Position numbers and translations under genes: made by a program. The notes under the pieces are model-generated. The model had not been told where the DNA came from. It saw only the letters and a list, made by a program, of their open reading frames with translations, and did no database searches. DNA of 64,000 bases. Origin: Takakia lepidozioides (lineage: Eukaryota > Plantae > Bryophyta). Of the stretch, positions 61,845-64,000 are shown in pieces. The stretch is from the NCBI GenBank assembly GCA_030704615.1, contig CM060731.1:24676001-24740000 (forward strand), given 5' to 3'. Positions within the stretch are counted from its first letter, which is position 1; each line of letters opens with the position of its first letter.

Positions 61845-64000
61845 CTAGAGTTTTGAAATAAGAGTACTTTGTACAGTCTCAGCCTGCCCAGCTCCCTTCA
61901 CAGCAGCTTCCTTTGGTCCCACCTCCTCAACCGTTGACTCGCTTGGTGGGACATCAATTGCTGGTGAACAGTTGAAGAAGCCATGTGGCTGAAGCCATAC
62001 ATCAGAAGCCCGTTAATGTCGAGCAGGGGATTAAAGAACCTCATGCAGTAAATGAGGAGGAAAACAACATTAAAACTTCTAGAGGTCATCAAAATTGGCG
62101 TCTCAGTGACTACAAGAACAAAATATTACATGCAATATGCAGCTTAATAGACAGGAAGTTGGAGAAAACATATGTTTGTCAGAGGAACATACCATGAGGT
62201 TGAACCCAATGTGGTCTACAGGCATGACTGGCCAGTCTTCCAACCGGGGTACATGAGTCACACCAAACACATACCTGTATTACATATGCACCCACAGCCA
62301 GGATCATGCCACATCAGCTATGTTTACACTAAACTACAGGAATTGTAATAGACTGTCAGTAATAGGGCATGTATCCCAATGCCAGGTCAAGCAGAACTGT
62401 GCTGACTGCCAACTTCACAGTGCTGTTAAGCCCCTTTCTAAGGACTCGCAGGTTACATGTGTAGCCTCCTTCAACTCTAAAGTCTAAGGTGGTAGACTCC
62501 AAACCATCAGTCAAAACACTAGACTTGATACACCACTCCGCAGGATGACCACATCGGCATTGGCATAGAAAATCAAAATAGTACACAAATGGTCACTGGA
62601 CTGTTCTGAGGCTGATGGTCCTTCTGAGAAAGGGCAAACATACGTCCGCCCAGAGCTGAAGAGCCAAGCCTATCTTGCACAGAGAGGTACCAAGATGTGC
62701 ATTATTCTGTCTCTGCATCTGCGTGCTTCCACTAACCCAAGCAAATGTAGCGTGGGACCCTGGCGTGGGTGCCTCTGACTGCCACACTTCAGGTAGTAGC
62801 TCCAGCTCTATTTCATGTCAAGGACTGCTTTCGACAGCAAACTGCATGCTGCACTCGGTACAGAGTGCCCTAGGCAACTGTGCAGGACTCAATATACAGT
62901 ATGTGCACTGATTTGTACATATAGTCCAAATGATGCTGCAGACGTCAACATTTGACCCATCTAAGCCTTGGGTAGACCAGAAACAGGTGGTGATGGTTCT
63001 TGGAGAACTATTCAACCAGAATCACCCCCACAAGCACCACCAAATAAAAGAACCATTTAGTGCATTTAGTGCTCTGCACTAGATTAATTCCAGTTGATTT
63101 ATAATTGTCTAGCTCATTAGAAGTTTGATGCATTTAGTGCTTGCCTAGACTTGGTAGGTTTTATCTTTCACATAAAATAACCCAAACACACAAACTAAGA
63201 GTAACCAATTGACTACTGTGTTGAGAGAAATTGGAGAAGGGAAAGGGAGTACCAAAGTACGATGTCAGTCTCCTCGAGCTTACGGTCCTGCTGGACCCAA
63301 GTGGGAAGGCCTTCTCCCACACGAGGGTTCTGATTCGGAAACTCCCCCCCAGGAAAGCACTCATCACGATTGTACTGTGTAACCCACAAGTTGTGATTTA
63401 AGAAGGCAGCACGTCGTAAGAACTTAGCATCCGGGCCAGCTAGTGGCAAACAGTTGGAGCCTGGCATGAGCTTGTAGCCTGTCAGTTGTCCTGTTCGATT
63501 CACTGTTCTTGTATTCCGTACCTGCAGCACAAGTAGTTTCAGCTGTGTAATGAAAGTACTCCAGCAACGATGTCTTGCCTGCTCTGAAGCTGAGACTTGA
63601 GAAACTTCCAAGCAAATCTTTTTGACTGAACACCCCCAAAAGTGCAAGGGACTCCAGGAATGCCCTACTATGCACAGCTAAAAAGGCTTTCATCCATCTG
63701 ATCGTAGATGCAACTTTTTCAGCTGTTCGCCAGTATGCACTCTAATTGGTCAATCAAGTAAGGGGTTGTGAATGCCAGCCATTAGGCCCACAAATCGGTG
63801 CCATAGGCAGAATGATAGAGAATCCCCCTGGGTTGCAAGGGGGGAGGCAAGGATCATGACTGAAGACAAAGAGAGCTCACAATCCAATGACGAGCTGAAA
63901 GAGAGTTGCAGTCACGCTGAGCTTGAAGTTCTGACCGCAGAAGTGTTTCTTCAGCATAGAAGGCATTGTTGTGTGGGTTATCAGGTCCAGGTTCTTCCAC
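61845..64000 (-). CDS. Copper amine oxidase, peroxisomal CuAO-zeta type (3' part; continues beyond the window)
   Basis: [32 protein letters not shown]...[45 protein letters not shown] and C-terminal SKL*. Confidence 0.95.

Overview
Eukaryotic, intron-rich land-plant nuclear DNA; PPR style, gene density and intron sizes suggest a non-seed plant such as a moss (inference only). 1-7.1 kb is a transposon-rich block. It holds two diverged, oppositely oriented modules, each with an array of ~28-bp palindromes followed by a short acidic ORF ending LDVDSDF(S/E)CE*, plus a hAT transposase fragment and two Ty3/Gypsy integrase fragments. Host genes follow: cyclin H (+), a CLD1-like alpha/beta hydrolase with an extra HMA-like N-terminal domain (-), a PLS-DYW PPR RNA-editing factor (+), a SAUR pseudogene with tandem repeats (-), a membrane-anchored PAN/Apple-domain protein (+), a small single-pass membrane protein (-), CAND1 (-), a MES11-15-type methylesterase-like protein whose catalytic Ser is Asn (+), and the 3' part of a peroxisomal copper amine oxidase (-). 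The most unexplained signal is the palindrome-array/micro-ORF module, whose two copies show compensatory base changes and synonymous-biased divergence. Exon boundaries were read by eye and are approximate.
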